64,000 nt of DNA, from positions 3,114,174 through 3,178,173 of the forward strand of contig JAUZTB010000071.1 in NCBI GenBank assembly GCA_034780895.1, read 5' to 3'. The translations under genes and the position numbers were made by a program. Below, one piece after another: positions 1 through 13,960 of the stretch (its first letter is position 1; each line of letters opens with the position of its first letter). The notes under the pieces are model-generated. The model was not told the origin of the DNA. It saw only the letters and a list, made by a program, of their open reading frames with translations, and did not search any database. This DNA comes from Rhynchobatus australiae (taxonomy: Eukaryota).

Positions 1-9
1 CGTTTGTGT

Positions 10-92
10 CGACTACATACTCCCCTAGATACGAATTTGTGACCACAACTTTGTCAACACAAATTCGGATCTACAGGGTATATATAGAGGAC
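10..92 (-). ncRNA. mir-10a: miR-10 (miR-10a-type) precursor hairpin; mature 5p at 58-80, 3p arm at about 18-39
   Basis: Reverse complement of 58-80 is UACCCUGUAGAUCCGAAUUUGUG (mature miR-10a-5p). Reverse complement of 18-39 is CAAAUUCGUAUCUAGGGGAGUA (star arm). The position 3' of Hox5, toward Hox4, is canonical. Confidence 0.97.
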
Positions 93-2167
93 AGACATAT
101 TTTCAGCATTTTTGTAGCCCAGGGACGTTCAAGAGCTTCCATGTAAATGTACACGCACTACTGAACTGTGTATATACATATGTGTTATGGATATGTATCT
201 ACACAACTTGCGAGGGGATCCGTTTCTGTTCTATCTTTCAGTGATTGCAGTGCAGTTTATATATTTGTTTTTGAACATCGAAATGTGAGTTGTACAATTT
301 TATAAATATGTGGAAACAAACAGTTAATTCTGGACAAATTTATGTGCAAGACTCCAAACAATTCCCTCTTAGGGCCAACTTTGAACAACCCTATATGTGA
401 ACACCCTCGCGTTTGTATCAAACATTTGGAAAGGAGGCCAAGTCACATGTGTGACTTCTCAAAAAAGTTTGCCTCCTGCAGCCGCAAAGACAAACAAAAT
501 CTTAATAATTTATACCGGAGCAATGGAAGAGCTTCCACCCAGTGGCTATATAAATCTTACAGTAGACATTGGGCAAACCATGTATTCAGCCCTTGATAAA
601 TTCTTGCAAAAGAACAAACGTGACTGCTGGATTTGGATGATTTATAATTGTGTAGCATGTGGCCCAAGTAGTGGGAACTAAACGGCCAACTAAAATGACC
701 TCTGTACTTTTCAAGGATAGCAACTAGTGTGATGNNNNNNNNNNNNNNNNNNNNNNNNTCTATAAAATTACATATAAAAAAACTATGCCAATCTAAATTT
801 CTTGACGACCGAGAAATACCAATTGTCTTAAGCACAGAACATTTTTTATGGGTAGGGACAATGTTGTTTACGACACGCAAACTGTGGCAAAGAACCTGAT
901 ATCCGGATGATAGCAATTAAACATGAAAACGATGCAAAGACTTCACTCGGCGCGCCCTTCGCATATGAAAAGAGTTCCTGACTTTAAAATAAAAACTTCC
1001 TTCACAAGGGTCTAACCGCGATATTGTTGATGCCCAGCTAACAAATATTTTTAAAAATACAGGAATATAATTTTATATAATTTATTTTTGTCGAACGTCC
1101 ACGGCCCATGCAGTTGTGATTTTTTTATACCGTGACTGCAGTTAAAAATTTAAGCATATAAGCTTTTCAAAAGGACCTTTCCATAAAAGATAAACCGGGT
1201 GCTTTGTTTGACCCGCTGTAATAAAAATGTCGACATTTCGGAAGTTTGGAAGATGAATATATTTACTGTCCCCTATCTGCTCTGCATTTCAAAGGAATCT
1301 TGCTACAGATTGCTATCCTAACAGAGGATGCAAACAGCAGCGGAATGGGGGAGGCCTTTTCCCCTCTTGTTTTTGGCCTGTCATTGGGGAAGTGAATCAC
1401 AGGCCTCAACCTTACTGTAGTAAAGCACTCACTACTGCCAATGATGCAATACTGCCGACACGCCAACCATTAAAAAAATTAGCATTAATGTCGTTCATAT
1501 CATTGGAAACAGTGACCATTAAATGATTGCAATTAATTTAGAATTACCAATGTTTAGACCACGTATTTTGATCATTTATTTTGTAAGATTAAATTGTGAC
1601 ATTCTGTTTTGAACACACTCACACACACTTCTCTCTTCATACCACTCCCCCTCCCACACACACTCATCACCCCCACCCCCACCACCAACACCCCTTTCAT
1701 CCTAGATATATTTGTTGGTGTTAGTTCAAGGCTAAACAAGTTACCCCTACATCCTAGCATAGGTTACCGTTTACGTTAAATCACATACATACCCTCACAC
1801 ACACACAAAAACCTTCTGTGTTTCTTCCTCTATATTCTCAAATTATACATTACAGGACGCATCGGTTTAGGGTTTTCAAAAAAAATCGAACTGAGAGGTC
1901 GAAAATACCAACTTCAACATAAACATATTCGTTCTCCTTTGTCTGTTCTTGCACTGATAACATCTAGTTAGAGTAACGCTTTCCAGCAGCACTCTATTTT
2001 TCCCCATTCGAAATGCTTAGCAGCTTTTTAAAAAGTGTCGAGGACCGGCCTGGTGAACATTTTGTTTTCTCCCTCAGTTTTCGTATTAATCTCATACACT
2101 GACAGTCTTTGTTAAACACTAAGGCGTGCCGTGCGTCCGAGTACATTTTAATATTTGTTAGACGCTT

Positions 2168-2184
2168 TGACCTGAGTTTCACCC
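2168..2184 (-). promoter_or_regulatory. DR5 retinoic acid response element (Hox4 5' RARE / B4U-like)
   Basis: Minus strand reads GGGTGA-aactc-AGGTCA: two RGKTSA half-sites with a 5-nt spacer. It lies in the Hox4-Hox5 interval where paralogue-group-4 upstream RAREs of the form RGGTGA-n5-AGGTCA are known. Confidence 0.8.
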
Positions 2185-3249
2185 CGCTCTTGGACTCTCC
2201 CCCTCCACANNNNNNNNNNNNNNNNNNNNNNNNNNNNNNNNNNNNNNNNNNNNNNNNNNNNNNNNNNNNNNNNNNNNNNNNNNNNNNNNNNNNNNNNNNN
2301 NNNNNNNNNNNNNNNNNNNNNNNNNNNNNNNNNNNNNNNNNNNNNNNNNNNNNNNNNNNNNNNNNNNNNNNNNNNNNNNNNNNNNNNNNNNNNNNNNNNN
2401 NNNNNNNNNNNNNNNNNNNNNNNNNNNNNNNNNNNNNNNNNNNNNNNNNNNNNNNNNNNNNNNNNNNNNNNNNNNTTGCATAAATATAAAATGTACACGA
2501 ATTTACAGTTGCATATTCCATATAACATCACACTGAATTAGCCCAAGAGTAATATCTATAGATAAGACAGCAATCAAATAAAAAGTTCCAACTCACATTG
2601 TATAAGATGAGTGTATATGTGTATAACAGCGAATTAATTTAGTTTATTGAAAACTATTGTTTTAACATGTCAGAGGACTTTCTAATTAAAACTAAGGAGT
2701 ACACCACTCACTCAACACAACCCCCTCCAGGCAAATGTCGGCAAATATTTCGATGAACTTAAATCCAAATACATTCAAAGTGTATTTCATTTCTTCTGCA
2801 TTTCCTCCTGATGTGTTCTGTCTTTTGTTAAATTAACAAATCGGCGTTGGCAGGCCTTAATCACTCCAAAATAGAAACTAGGTGAGACATATTTCAATTT
2901 GGCCATTTTTTTGGCATACAACGTGGAGATTTCAATTTTATGTGGAAAATATGGCGAATGTTTTAATTAAGACTGGAAAGTTGAGCCTTTATCTGAAAGG
3001 AAGTCAGTTTTCACACAGAAAGCTCCCCACAAGCAGCAACATGACTTAAAAACTTACCGACATTTTTTTGGAGGGGGGGTTGCCTTGAGTGAGGGGGCAG
3101 ACTTGTTAGTTACAATAAAACAGAAAATCGATTTTTATCTAGTAATGTTGACCAGGGAATATATATTGGCCAGGATGCCAGGTAGATCTCACCTGATTTT
3201 CTTTAGAGTAATATCGTGGCATGTTTAATGTCTGCCTAAGAACATACGA

Positions 3250-3375
3250 GGTCTTGGTTTAATATCTCATCTGAAATTATGCAGCTTCCACCGTGCAGCA
3301 CACCCTCAGTTGTGCACTGGATACAGCATTGGGGTGAGTCTTACATCCAAAACCTTCTGATTTGAGTATCAGAAG
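3250..3375 (-). mobile_element. Degenerate Deu-domain SINE fragment (SacSINE1/AmnSINE1-like)
   Basis: ggtttaatatctcatctgaaa...gtgcagcacaccctcagttgtgcactgg...aaccttctgatttgag resembles the reverse-complemented Deu-SINE core and tRNA-like head. Recognised from memory, not aligned. Confidence 0.6.
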
Positions 3376-6300
3376 ATATCAAATATAAACTACATGTTAC
3401 TTATGATTGATCAATTTCAGGAAACAAAATAAAAGACAATGGAATATAGGGTGAAAATGATACATAATGTAGATAACACGTTTCGTCGCTGGTTTTAATT
3501 GCTGCAAAACATGTCATTAGAAGGAAAATTGTAGCATTGTTGAGGGAGGTTAAATTGAATATGTAATCCTTATAGTATAATATTACTTCTTTCAAAAATG
3601 CATGTTGGCAGTAAATCCGTATTAGACTTTCTGAGGTCACTAACAACATTTATAAATGCAAATTCTAAGATGCAGAAATGTTACATAACACATGCTCGTA
3701 ATCTAATCATTGTCAAATTCCATTAAAAGCGATTCGTTTAATCGCTTCCGTGGTAATTGGAAAAGATAACTATTGCCTTTGTAAAAATAAAACAAAATGC
3801 ATGCAGTATACTTAATGATTTATGCTAGTATTATAAAACTACTTCAATCAATGTAGATACTAAGGAAAATGACCCTGATTCCAAAGTTGCGTGCCTCAAA
3901 TTTCCCCTCAATCTCCATAAATAAGAAGTATTTGGAAATGATATTATGTTTGGTACACAAATTGTCTATTCAAGCGTTAAAAATTTATATGTTTGCATAT
4001 TTATTTTGAGCAGATTTATTACAGAACAACTATAATGCAAGCAGATTTAAAACGTGTTCGATGCGCAGAACGCCGGGAAACACGCTGCCTTGTAGATAGA
4101 TTTAAATGTCTTACTTTGTTTAAATGGTCGGACCGGAGCTAGCAGATTTTTTGTGGCACTTTACAATAATGGTGCATTAGTGTGATATAGGATATAGGCA
4201 TCATTTAATGATAATTATAATGGTAATTAAAGGAGGTTAACATCGAGTTCATTTTAAATTTGATAGAAGACCTATGGGAAGTCTGAAAAACGTAACCATT
4301 TTCCTTTCGTAAAACCTGATCGAAACTCCCCGATTCTTCACAGATGGACACTAATGGATAAAGTTCATCTGGAGATCTATAGCGAGTAATAGAGAGAGAG
4401 GAGAGAATCCCTAAAGCAAGTATATCGAAAAATGCAAGAACTAATATTTGTTTTATGTCATCGTACAGTTTAATTGTAAGGTACACTGTAGCTTTTAGGG
4501 ACTAAGTTTCAGTTATTTGATACCAAAACCAAGCAATTCGTCAATAGATTGCAAAACTTTATCTAATTCTACTTGACTTCCTCTTTCCACATTTACACCT
4601 GCACATTTCACGACTCTATATGCTTGAAGATGCCGGCAAAGTATACGGTCTTCTTAAAAATTATTTTCACATCAATTTGGTAATGTATACTTGACTCATC
4701 TACGTCCCCTGACCTGGTAGAAAAGCGTCTATTATTCGTCCTTTTCTTTTGTTTTGTCACCAATTTCATCTGAAGCCTTTCCATTCCCCATAGAACTTGA
4801 CTCTCAAATTATTTTAAAAGGAAAGTTGATTGCATCTGGCGAGAATTATTTGCATCGACCCTTGTTTTTTTTAAATCTATTATAACATACTCGGCAATTC
4901 CTTCCACCGAGGATCTGCTGATTTCTAGTTATTATGCAGTGTGTTCTATAAAAGAAAACAATTAATCCTCCCTGTTTTTGCACAGGTCGCCGTCAGGATA
5001 GTTAGCAGCTAACCCTCCCCCCCCATTCACCCCCCCCCACCACCCACCCACCCTCTCTACACACCACACACACCTCCACCCATCAGCACTTCTTCTAACA
5101 TTTCCAACCCCTCACTGTCCATTTCTCTCTCTCCGTTCGTCTTATTTTGCACAGGCAGTAGATTGTGTCGGTTGCTAAGCTTTACTTACTTAAATATCTT
5201 ACCTCGGCGTCATTTTCTCATCTGAGCCGATAGACAAGACCATTCCTTTTACCATTGACATCGAACTGAGTCTATCTAGGCAGACAACACCAAGTCACGC
5301 ACGACGTAAACTTTTGACCCTCCACTTTTTGACCCCTTAGCTATAATGCTGTACTAACAAGCCCCCATGAACAGTTTCAACATCACAATCCTCAGACAGT
5401 ATTGCTGTACAGTTTTGTTTCCCCCACGAGAAGATTTTAAGCTTAGCGCTGTTTTATTCAATACATATATTTTAGAAATCGAAAGATTTTATTGAGACAC
5501 TGGAATTTCTTGAAAGTTGGGTTTGAACTCTTCAAGTATGTATTTCTTTTTCTCACCGGCACTGTTTGAATGAATTTATGTCATTATTCGGCAGGAAAAT
5601 ATACAACCTGAAAGGGTGAGTTTTGAAGAGATAAATGAACACTGCACTTAGAAACTTCTGATAGTACATAAGTAGAGCATTTTGGGGAGATATCAAACAG
5701 ACTCCTCCGTCTCTATTCCGCCAGATTAAGTGCAATGGAAAAGCTAGTAAAAAAAGGAGACGCATAATGACTATGAACTTGGTCTGAAGCGGGCTCTGGT
5801 GGTGGATTCGACACGTTACATGTGTCAAATAGCTCCATAGATTCTGTCCCTATTTATTTCAAATTCTGCTTTTAAATCCGAGTTTTACCGTGGTAAATTA
5901 TCACAAGCTACAAATAGCAAAATGTTTTTCGAAATCTTTGTCAGCTTGCGTGTAGTATGTGTTCTGTGTGAAGTTTAAACTAACAGCAGTGTATCTTGCT
6001 TAATAAAAGCAGAATATTTATAATATAAAGAAGTAGGTCGTCAGAAAAAAAAACCTCAAGAGACGAAATATTAACGAGGGTTTTATATTATCTTTGTCAT
6101 CGGATTGTGTAATAATTTGTGAATTATAAATGTAATGAAAAAAATGTATCCAATTCAATTAACATACCGCATTGCACTGTGAACGAGAGAAGGAATAGTG
6201 TATAGGATAGTTCTATGCATTACATTTTCCAAATTAAACGCGTAAAGGCTTTTTTTTATAACGAAAAGCCTCTCCTAATTGGACTGCATATATTAGATAT

Positions 6301-9300
6301 CAGCCTACGTTTTTATTTTGCTTTTATCAGTGAGGGCTAACAAATCTGAGAACCATAAAAACTCAATCCGCGTCGATTTAAAAGGAAGGAGGCCTGATAA
6401 CAATAAATGCATTGGGAATGGTCTGAATGGTTATTCGTGACTTTTGTAGGATAGGCCAGTTATTATGAAGCTTGATACCAATTATATAGTAGTTTATAGT
6501 TTTTTGTTTCATTTTACAATTTATTAAGTGGAGAAGATGCATCGAAAGTAATAGTACTCTGTAATTTAAGATCTCACCTTATGCCCGTGTTGCATTTAAT
6601 TAGACGGTGATGTGTGTACTGGTCTAGCTTAGGTCGCATGTTTTGGAACAGGGTGCCGGTTTGTGGCCCAAAGTGATCTCAGTTAGTGACGGTTGAAACC
6701 ATGGGGAAGAGTTAATGATAACGTATGAGATCTGAATGCTTTTATCTGTGTGTCTGCAAGTAGATGTTTAATACGGCGATATAATCATTTGACACCTTTA
6801 TGACTCCATCGCGCGTTTGTGCGAACGCCTTTTGTTCCTTTCCCCCTTAAATTACAACCTCAACCCAGTGCTCAAATCCATCCAGTGCCTATAAATGCAC
6901 CAGATGCATACCACTTAAAAACCTAAACAAAGAAAATGCATCACCTTTAGACTTTGCAGTTAACCTGATAGGGATGCTTATCGATCCTGTACGTTTCTAT
7001 GGAACAGATAATTTGCTTGTGATTGTATCGGGGGCAAATACATCTATGTTAGGGCGGGGGGGGGGCGGAAGAGAAACGACAGCACTTGCGCTGAAACCGA
7101 ATTATTAATGTTACCGTGGTCCACAAATTTCCGTTATAAACGATAGTGTGCTCGTCGATTTACATAAAGCAAAATCCGATAGCCTAAAATTGCTTGGGAA
7201 AAGGTTGAACATTTTTAAATTATGAAATATTTGTAAGGGGTTTTCATCCTAATGCAACTGNNNNNNNNNNNNNNNNNNNNNNNNNNGGCACCTAAGACAG
7301 TTTTTTTTTTCGCAGTGGTAAGGACATTTCTATCGTACACGTAATTGGTGCGGAGTGATGTTCAATTTCGCACTCTTTGCTGTGGTTTTCTAGTTCAGTT
7401 CTGGCGTATTTTACTCGTGAACCATGTTCTATTAAAGAGTCGGTAGATACTTGTCTGATTATAATTATTTATGCTCTATCAGCTTCTTTCACACACTAAT
7501 CATAAACTATTACACTAATGTATTTCCTGGGCATCGTGCCTTTAACTCAGATTGAAGAAAAAGCTAAGTGAACGACCAAGTATAGGACACCATCAAGCCT
7601 GAAAAGAATTGCTGATTGGTGGCGGGCTCTGAGTTTGACAGATTATTTTGCCTCTGACGAAAACAATAAAAAGTACAAATGTTTACCCCAATCTCGAGGT
7701 CTTGAATCGTTTTCGCCTAAAAACAAATGCAAAGCATGTTTATAGCAATTATAAAACGAATTGCACTAATCGGTTGTCCTTTCCCATTTTATTGCAGTAC
7801 ATTGATGGACAGTACACTGTGAATAACATGAGAAAAGATACGCAAGACCACAATGTATTTCCTCCGGCAACGATGTGTTTTCCTGTTTACCTTTTGGATT
7901 TCACTAACTATCAGCGCGGAAAAGCAATAAAAAGACGTCGAGAATATTTCGAAATTCTGAATGAAAGAAAACTTTTGACTCCCAAAATAGATTTTGATCG
8001 CTCCCACCCCCCTTCAAACTGCGCACCGGAAACGACGAGAATTAAAAACTTGACAGCCGGATTCGAGGACTGTGCACACCAATAATTATCAGGGTGAGAA
8101 ACTTGACATTTTCTGATGAGAAATGTCAAAGTATAATTTTTCTCTCGTGTATCTACGTTTCTCTTTAGACTGACTTTTGACTGCACAAATAATCTTTACA
8201 ATGAACCTCAACATATTCAGGCATTCGTNNNNNNNNNNNNNNNNNNNNNNNNNNNNNNNGGTGAATGCGTCCAATGTTACTCGATAAAAGCTCATGGTGA
8301 CAGTATCCAAGTACTGTAACATAAAATAAGAGCTGTATATAAATAAAAATGCTAACTATACTATAGAAAGTTAGTCTTTGTACTTGTTTGGGGTAATTAT
8401 TGACTGTGGGATCAAAGGACATCCGTTTGTGCTAAAAACCTCTTAAGTCAAACAAGTTGATATAGCACCTATTCCCCTGTCTCTCACTTAAACTTGAAAC
8501 CCCAAAGGAAAAATTTTCGTATAAAAGTCTATGCAACTTTCAATTAGTCGTACTTAAGAGTCACATTTCAAAATGATGACATTTATAGAGGCCAAAAGTC
8601 TATAATTCAAAACTGACAGGACCAAGAGTTAAAGGCTATAATGTTAAACAGTGATTGAGTTTCGTATTTGAATCCTGAACTGATACAAAAATATGCAACA
8701 CTTAATATTTTCAAACTATGCTCCAAATCTATCATATTTATTTTACAAATAGAGGTGAATTAAACTTCTGTTGCCTTTAGATACCTATCTAAGACTTTTG
8801 AGAGGAGACCAACATTTCTGCTGTTTCCCGCTCACCTTGAGTGTGTTATCAGTTCACAAAATAGTCCCTTTTCTCCATGACCAAAACTTTAGTCCAACTC
8901 AAAACACAGAAAACAAAGTCCGTAATGCTGAACACGACTCAGAGCCGAAAGGGAGGGGGGAGGGCTACTGGTGGGTGTGGAAGAGAGTGTAGTTTATTGA
9001 CCAAATTAATATTAATGGTCATTTTCAGATTTCATTGTAACAGTGACGCTTTCAAACGACGCCCTTTTTTCATATTATCTCTTTAAAAAAGCTTATGGCA
9101 TGGGTACAAACATATGTTTAGCATATGTTTTCTTTTAAACGCTGAGATCATTTTAACATTTCTTAGCTAGTGAGACAGTTAACATTTGCAATGCCAATAA
9201 GCCAAGGAAGTGTTGTAAGAATTAAAAAAAAATATATCCTTGACTACCAGGGCCTTCCCCCAGAAGGCCGATTTCCTTTTTTAAACTCTATCTGTAAACA

Positions 9301-12005
9301 AACTACATGAGATTAAATTAATCCACGCGGGAACAGTGTTGAATTGCTCGTGTCATAACACAAACAATCCTAGAAATGAAAATTACGTATTTCATTTACG
9401 TTTAAAAACTAAATTAAGGCCAAAACTTAAAGACTACAATGAGGGTGAGCCATTTTTGGTATTGGGATTATTAAATTGTATAAATACTGAAATGGAGTAG
9501 CAACTATAATTGCGAACATATTTGAGCATCTCCCACAAGCACCAACTCCCCCCCCCCCACCACACCGCCTCGCCCTCCCACCAACGCCCGTCCCAACTCC
9601 CCGCAGATAGACGCGACAAATTCATATTTAAAGGACACGACATTTTATTCTTTACTCCGACCAACAGATTAGTAAATCAAAATCTTAAACGAGCAAAGTA
9701 CAATGTTGTTAAGTATGCAAAACAAACGAATTTTCAACCAGGCAATGAGTTTGCAGAACAGATGACGAGGGGTTATCAGAAAGAAGAGCACCGAAGAGAC
9801 TTACAAACAACGTTTGTTTTCAAACAATCTTTTTTTCACACTACACCCCCACAGCAACCACCCCCCCCTACACACACACACACACACAGATACTGTTTTC
9901 AATTCAAGGCCTCAGCAGTAAAACATTAGGAACATTAAATCTACTAGAGTAAAATAATCAGTCGCTAGCAACGAGGCCCACACATCCAGTCCGCCATATC
10001 TTTACAGTTCCTTTACAGTTTGGGCCTATCACAAAGGTAAAAGGGAAAACAAATATATATTTTAAAGTTTGTATTTCTGCAGTACTATTAATTAATCACA
10101 CTTTAATTTTACTTTCCATTTTGGAAGCTTCACTTGGCCCTGCTCACAAAAGCAATGCGCGCTGTGTTTATACTTCGACATAACTTACTTTAAGCTGTAC
10201 AGTTCCATGTCATTTTGACTGTAGTCAGTAAAGATTTTAAACCTTGCAGGCCTGGTAAAGGAGACCTGCTCGATTCCTCTGGAAGACAAGTCACATTATA
10301 CGCTTACAGGCTGCAAACCCAGCCAGATAAAGTTCAGCGTCACTAACATTATACAGAATGTGAAATATATTGTACCTTGTCAACTCCCCAGAACCATAAA
10401 ACTAACTTTAACGACCCCACGTGACTTTTGAGAGCCAGTAGGGGTATCTGCCTGCGGTATGGGCGATTTTTACGATCTAACTTTGAGATAAATACCCAAT
10501 TCATTTGACATCCCAATGTCATACCGACTTCTTGCATATGCAGTTTGTTATATTCACAAGGGAAGCATGTACATTGCAAGATAGACCCAATATTTGCTGT
10601 GTGACTTATCTACTACCGATAAGCACTTGGACGTTCTTTTGGTAAGTTGAGTTTAACCTAACTAAGGTTTACCTGTTGCACCCAAATTAACAAAAGCGCG
10701 TAGTATGTTGCATTGACAAACTTCAATACATCTCGTAACTGTATAACTCTCTGGGGGGATGGCCTAGAAATCAAGTCTGGGAGACTCTTTTTAAAAATAT
10801 ACACAACAATGAATACTAAAAAAAGTCCTGACGTAGGATTTAAACAGATGATGCCGTGTGCAGTAACAACCAGGAAAATTCCAAAATGCAATAAGTCACA
10901 CAAATACCGCACTTAAAGTATAACACAGCAAGGAGGAGTCGCGCATGCAAAATCATTGCCGCTAGAAAACGCTCGGGACTTAAGATGGAAGATTAATGCA
11001 GTCAGGTAGTGCTATGTCCTGAGAACATTTTATAGAACTATCTTATAAAATATAAAATGAAAAGCAATCGACAGATGCTAATTAACGAAAAGTAATTATG
11101 TGCTCTGTTAATGTGCCTTTGCATTGCACACTGCAAGTAGATAAGATATCGCAAAACACGTGGCAATATTGAAAAGTAACACATCTTAATCATATATACT
11201 ATACTAGATCAAACAATAGGTAGATCTCAGGTTCATTAGGATGTTTTACAGCGAGTAATAAGACGTCAGCTTGCATACAGTAAAGATATTACGCTACAGA
11301 GATCAGGGATGGTTATGAGAAACTTTTTACTTTATTTTGAATTAAGCTACAAACAAATACAAAAAGCTTATTGGCAACATACTGTCGGATAGGTGTCTGA
11401 TTTCCACAGAAAATATGCCACTTATCACTCTGCCCATTACAGACTAGCTATAGGCAACATTATAAACATTTTTGTATTATTTACAACCATTATAACTCAC
11501 TAAATAATCGTGTACAATCGTCGCTGATTTTAGAATCTATCCACATGTATTGACAATGATTAGCTTTCTACATGGATTTTCCACATACGGACGTTGTTTA
11601 AAATCACGGACAGCATTAAGGACAGAAACTTACAAGAAGGTGGATATATGTTTGAAAGGTGACAGTGCAAGAGCAAAGATTTTAGCATTTTACCAACGTG
11701 GGGGAGGGAAGGAAGATCAAATTGTACAACGTGTCAATTATAAATAAGTTATACCATTTACAATCCACAAAAAACCATGCTACTTTTTCAACAGAGCACC
11801 AACAGTTCACTGACACAGACAAATGTAAGACAGCAACAAGCACTTAACAGCGAAAGGACAACACAACAGAATAAAAGAAAACAAATTGTTAGCAGGAGCA
11901 CAGAAAAGTTTAAGTAATTTTTAATATTTAACAACACGTGGGAGGGAAGGTGCCTGGCTGTACAGTACTGGTGCACGGTGTCTTTCATGTTTTGCACGCT
12001 ATTTG

Positions 12006-12256
12006 TTAGGGTTGGAAAGCGCTTGCTCCGGCCGTCATGCTCATACTTTTCAGCTTGTTGTCCTTTTTCCATTTCATCCGCCGATTCTGGAACCAAATCT
12101 TTATCTGCCGTTCAGAGAGGCACAGAGCGTGAGCAATCTCTATCCTCCGCCGTCGGGTTAGATATCTGTTGAAGTGGAACTCCTTTTCCAACTCCAGTGT
12201 CTGAAAACGAGTATAAGCAGTCCTGGCTCTTTTCCCGTCGGGTCCACCCATACCAT
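12006..12256 (-). CDS. hoxb5: HoxB5 exon 2 (homeobox)
   Basis: Acceptor ttaacAG|AT at 12257/12256. Encodes (D)[82 protein letters not shown]; the SAFQP C-terminus is HoxB5-like. Confidence 0.96.
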
Positions 12257-12503
12257 CTGTTAATAAATACAGGCAGGTTTTTTTTTATCCATGCTGAATT
12301 ATCTATCCACGAAAAGATTCATTTTTAAAAGAGCAGAATACTAGACCTTGAAAGTTGCAGTATTCCCTTCCCCGGGGCCTCTCCGGACATGGTATGTCAA
12401 AATTAAAGTATATTGTCTCCAATCCGAATTGCTATTAATTATCATTTTCCTTTTCATTGTCTGACTATGTAACCTGTGTCCTGACGGCTGTGGTTCTATT
12501 TAT

Positions 12504-12506
<3 letters not shown>

Positions 12507-12544
<38 letters not shown>

Positions 12545-12724
12545 NNNNNNNNNNNNNNNNNNNNNNNNNNNNNNNNNNNNNNNNNNNNNNNNNNNNNNNN
12601 NNNNNNNNNNNNNNNNNNNNNNNNNNNNNNNNNNNNNNNNNNNNNNNNNNNNNNNNNNNNNNNNNNNNNNNNNNNNNNNNNNNNNNNNNNNNNNNNNNAC
12701 ACACACACACACACACACACACAC
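12507..12724. repeat. (CA)n microsatellite in the HoxB5 intron, partly masked
   Basis: CA repeats on both sides of an N run. Confidence 0.9.
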
Positions 12725-13138
12725 ATCTTTAAAAAAGTCCGAAATTGCAAATAGATCCACGACAAATGGATTCCAATAACGCTGATTATCCAGGGTAACA
12801 ACACATTGCTCTTTGTTGTTATGGTCGTTGTGCTGTCATAGCTTTCTGTACACCAATTTCTATATATCATATAATATTTACAGTTTACCCGCATTAAATA
12901 CTATTTTAATATTTACTGAATTTTAAGGATCGGCTTGCGCGTTATATTTCATGCACGTTACAAAATTGTGATTTACAGATTTAAATTCAATTTGCGGAAG
13001 ATGTTTAGATAAGTTTCTGCAGAGCAATAAAAAAACAATTGTTCAGATTTTGTGGCATCCAGGTTGTATAATAGGTCGCTATGAATTACCTGACTGCAGA
13101 GCAATATTTAGAGTATTAGATAGAAAATGAAAGTGTAC

Positions 13139-13673
13139 CATGGGCAATGTGTAGCTTTCTCATCCAAGGAAATATTTGTGGCTGCTGTTCTGGTGTTGTT
13201 GCCTGTGTTGGTTCTTGCTGTGCCCTGGGATGGTTGTTGTTGTTGGCTTGAGTGCCTTCTTCGGCATCCGAGGATGCTCCGGCCTCGTCCATTTCTGTAA
13301 AATTACTTGCTGAACTAGAGGAGGTAGTCGGGTCGGATGGGGAACCCTTGGTTCCGTGACTGTCCTTGCCGGAACAAGAAAGGGGTTCTGGAGATGAGAG
13401 GGTGCAGCTCGCTGCTTGCCTGAACCTGGTTTCTGTAGCTGGAGGATAGCTTCTGGAGTTTTCTGCATTAACCACTCCAAAGTGGTTAGATGAAGCTGAA
13501 CGGGTGATGCTAAGGTCCATACCATTGTAGTTGTAGCCGTAAGTGCCTGAATGCATGGTGCCTGAATCCCTGTATGGTCCGTTCTCGGAGCTGCTCGACC
13601 CATAATTAAGTAACTGATAATCCGGGCCATTTTGATAGCGACCGGAGAATGAGTTTACAAAGTAAGAGCTCAT
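13139..13673 (-). CDS. hoxb5: HoxB5 exon 1
   Basis: [25 protein letters not shown]...GYNYNGMDLS...IFPWMRKLHIAH. Donor G|GTACAC at 13139/13138, phase 1. Spliced protein about 261 aa. Confidence 0.96.
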
Positions 13674-13699
13674 TTGGGTTTTTTTGGGTTGATTTGTGG

Positions 13700-13900
13700 T
13701 TGTTAGTCGTTATAACCCAGTCCTGCACGATTTATGATATATTAATGAATTATAGAAATGACTGTACTTCGTTCGCTTCTATGTATGCGGCCAAATATGG
13801 GGGGTGCGAGTCGGAATCACGTGCTTTTGTTGACCAGTCGTAAATTCTCACTGATGACCTCAAGGGGTAATTCATGCTCTATGGTTACAAATAATGACGA
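13700..13900 (-). promoter_or_regulatory. HoxB5 proximal promoter / 5' UTR motif block
   Basis: Contains cacgatttatga (Hox/Pbx-like), gcggccaaatatgg and a CACGTG E-box (13818-13823) directly upstream of the ATG. Confidence 0.55.
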
Positions 13901-13960
13901 TCCGTGAATCGTTACGCCATGTGAATGCAAGACTCCAAATGGTGGCCAGGTTTGCAGAGT

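Noticed and set aside
5315-5335. Two TGACCC half-sites
   Set aside because: The 9-nt spacer is not a canonical RARE spacing.
7648-8085. 145-aa plus-strand ORF
   Set aside because: Non-ATG start, AT-rich and no recognisable domain.
11004-11010. miR-196 seed match downstream of HoxB5
   Set aside because: It lies beyond the likely HoxB5 AATAAA at 11331-11336, so it is probably outside the mRNA.
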